DNA from: Phoronis australis
Taxonomy: Eukaryota; Animalia; Phoronida
Reading direction: 5' to 3'
NCBI GenBank assembly: GCA_002633005.1
Contig: NMRA01000126.1
Coordinates: forward strand, 326,979 to 390,978
Length of the DNA: 64,000 nucleotides
Part shown: piece after piece, positions 62,480 through 64,000 of the stretch
Layout of the letters: the number at the start of each line of letters is the position of its first letter
How positions within the stretch are numbered: position 1 is the stretch's first letter
Translations under genes and position numbers: made by a program
Notes under the pieces: generated by a model
Told to the model about the DNA's origin: nothing
The model's input: only the letters and a program-made list of their open reading frames with translations
Databases searched by the model: none

Positions 62480-63960
62480 CAAAGTGGGTCAAGTTAGAAA
62501 ATCTCATTTATCAACCGCCCTGGTACATCTCCTCAATCAGAATTGGCAAAAAGTCAGTATTTTATAAGTCATGGAACAATAGAGGAGTAAGATTTGTATA
62601 TGATATAATGGATAATGATGATTATGATGCTTTTTTGTAAAAAGTTTTCATTTAGACCTATGATAACAACTTTTTATGGACTTAGGAAACCAATACTGTA
62701 GCCCAGAGTTGTGCTAAGACAACCATATTATCCTGAAGTGCTAAATCAGATAACAAAAATAAGAAAGGGTGTAGATCAATGTATGATATATTTATTCGTA
62801 ATATGAGGATAAAACCGATATCACAGGATAAATGGATTTCTGAGATGAGTAATGAATTAACTATGTGTTGGAAAACAGAGTGTACTTAAATGTTCTAAGA
62901 TGTTAAATTGAGATGGTTTCAGTATCAACTAGTTCATAGAATATTATGTACCAATTGATATCTTTACAAAATATGCATCTTGGATTGTTCAGCTTGTGCA
63001 TTTTGTACTAAAGCCCCAGAAACTTTCATGCACTTATTTGTACATTGTAACTACACCACAACCTTCTGGGAAGACACTTTGATAGCGATGGGACAATAAT
63101 GAACGCTAAGACACTTTGATAGCGATGGGACAATAATGAACGCTAAGACACTTTGATAGCGATGGGACAATAATGAACGCTAAGACACTTTGATAGCAAT
63201 GGGACAATAATGAACGCTAAGACACTTTGATAGCAATGGGACAATAATGAACGCTAAGACACTTTGATAGCAATGGGACAATAATGAACGCTAAGACACT
63301 TTGATAGCAATGGGACAATAATGAACGCTAAGACACTTTGATAGCAATGGGACAATAATGAACGCTAAGACACTTTGATAGCAATGGGACAATAATGAAC
63401 GCTAAGACACTTTGATAGCGATGGGACAATAATGAACGCTAAGACACTTTGATAGCGATGGGACAATAATGAACGCTAAGACACTTTGATAGCGATGGGA
63501 CAATAATGAACGCTAAGACACTTTGATAGCGATGGGACAATAATGAACGCTAAGACACTTTGATAGCGATGGGACAATAATGAACGCTAAGACACTTTGA
63601 TAGCGATGGGACAATAATGAACGCTAAGACACTTTGATAGCGATGGGACAATAATGAACGCTAAGACACTTTGATAGCGATGGGACAATAATGAACGCTA
63701 AGACACTTTGATAGCGATGGGACAATAATGAACGCTAAGACACTTTGATAGCGATGGGACAATAATGAACGCTAAGACACTTTGATAGCGATGGGACAAT
63801 AATGAACGCTAAGACACTTTTGATAGCGATGAGACAATAATGAACGCTAATGTTCATTTTGGAATCAACAACACATATTCATCTACAATAAATATTTTAA
63901 AAAAAGTTAGAAATATCAACAAAAACAACATATTGATGATTAAATTATGAAGAGTATGAT
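62480..63960 (+). mobile_element. decayed L1/Tx1-like LINE ORF2 3' fragment, antisense in an ITSN intron
   Basis: Broken frames give QPPWY..IRIGKKSVFYKSWNNRGVRFVYDI, KGCRSMYDIF, WFQYQLVHRILCTN, CAFCTKAPETFMHLFVHC..FW (RT-associated zinc finger). Confidence 0.85.
63071..63848. repeat. 37-bp minisatellite, 21 copies, inside the LINE relic
   Basis: aagacactttgatagcgatgggacaataatgaacgct, head-to-tail without spacers. Confidence 0.97.
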
Positions 63961-64000
63961 GAACAAAGAACTATATGCATGAATAATCAAGTTAAAAGAA

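Noticed and set aside
63071-63848. CRISPR-like appearance of 37-bp repeats (also 26801-27064)
   Set aside because: Units are head-to-tail with no unique spacers, there are no cas genes, and the context is a eukaryotic intron

Overview
Eukaryotic, intron-rich, AT-rich animal DNA, probably a marine invertebrate bilaterian (inference). It is not prokaryotic, and most ORFs in the track are shadows of repeats. Three host genes were reconstructed from GT-AG exons. (1) MAD2L2/REV7 on + (four exons, 2016-5053; first coding exon not located). (2) A three-exon, 205-aa secreted protein on + (17931-21888) whose C-terminal domain resembles the transcobalamin beta/DUF4430 beta-grasp domain. (3) The 3' two-thirds of an intersectin gene on - (17 exons, 62303 to 26172: SH3C, SH3D, SH3E, DH, PH, C2), with a candidate alternative terminal exon at 54470 that completes a split T|AA stop and would give the short isoform. 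Introns and intergenic DNA hold an intact Ty3/Gypsy element with identical 168-bp LTRs (31433-35971) inside a 24-bp minisatellite, two LINE relics that each contain a minisatellite, several MITEs, a nested foldback with two tRNA-like sequences, and about ten unrelated minisatellites. The most striking unexplained structure is a Helentron/HINE-like satellite at 47.9-50.3 kb carrying about 20 co-oriented CTCF-like motifs. It lies between the putative short-isoform polyA site and the first long-isoform exon of intersectin.
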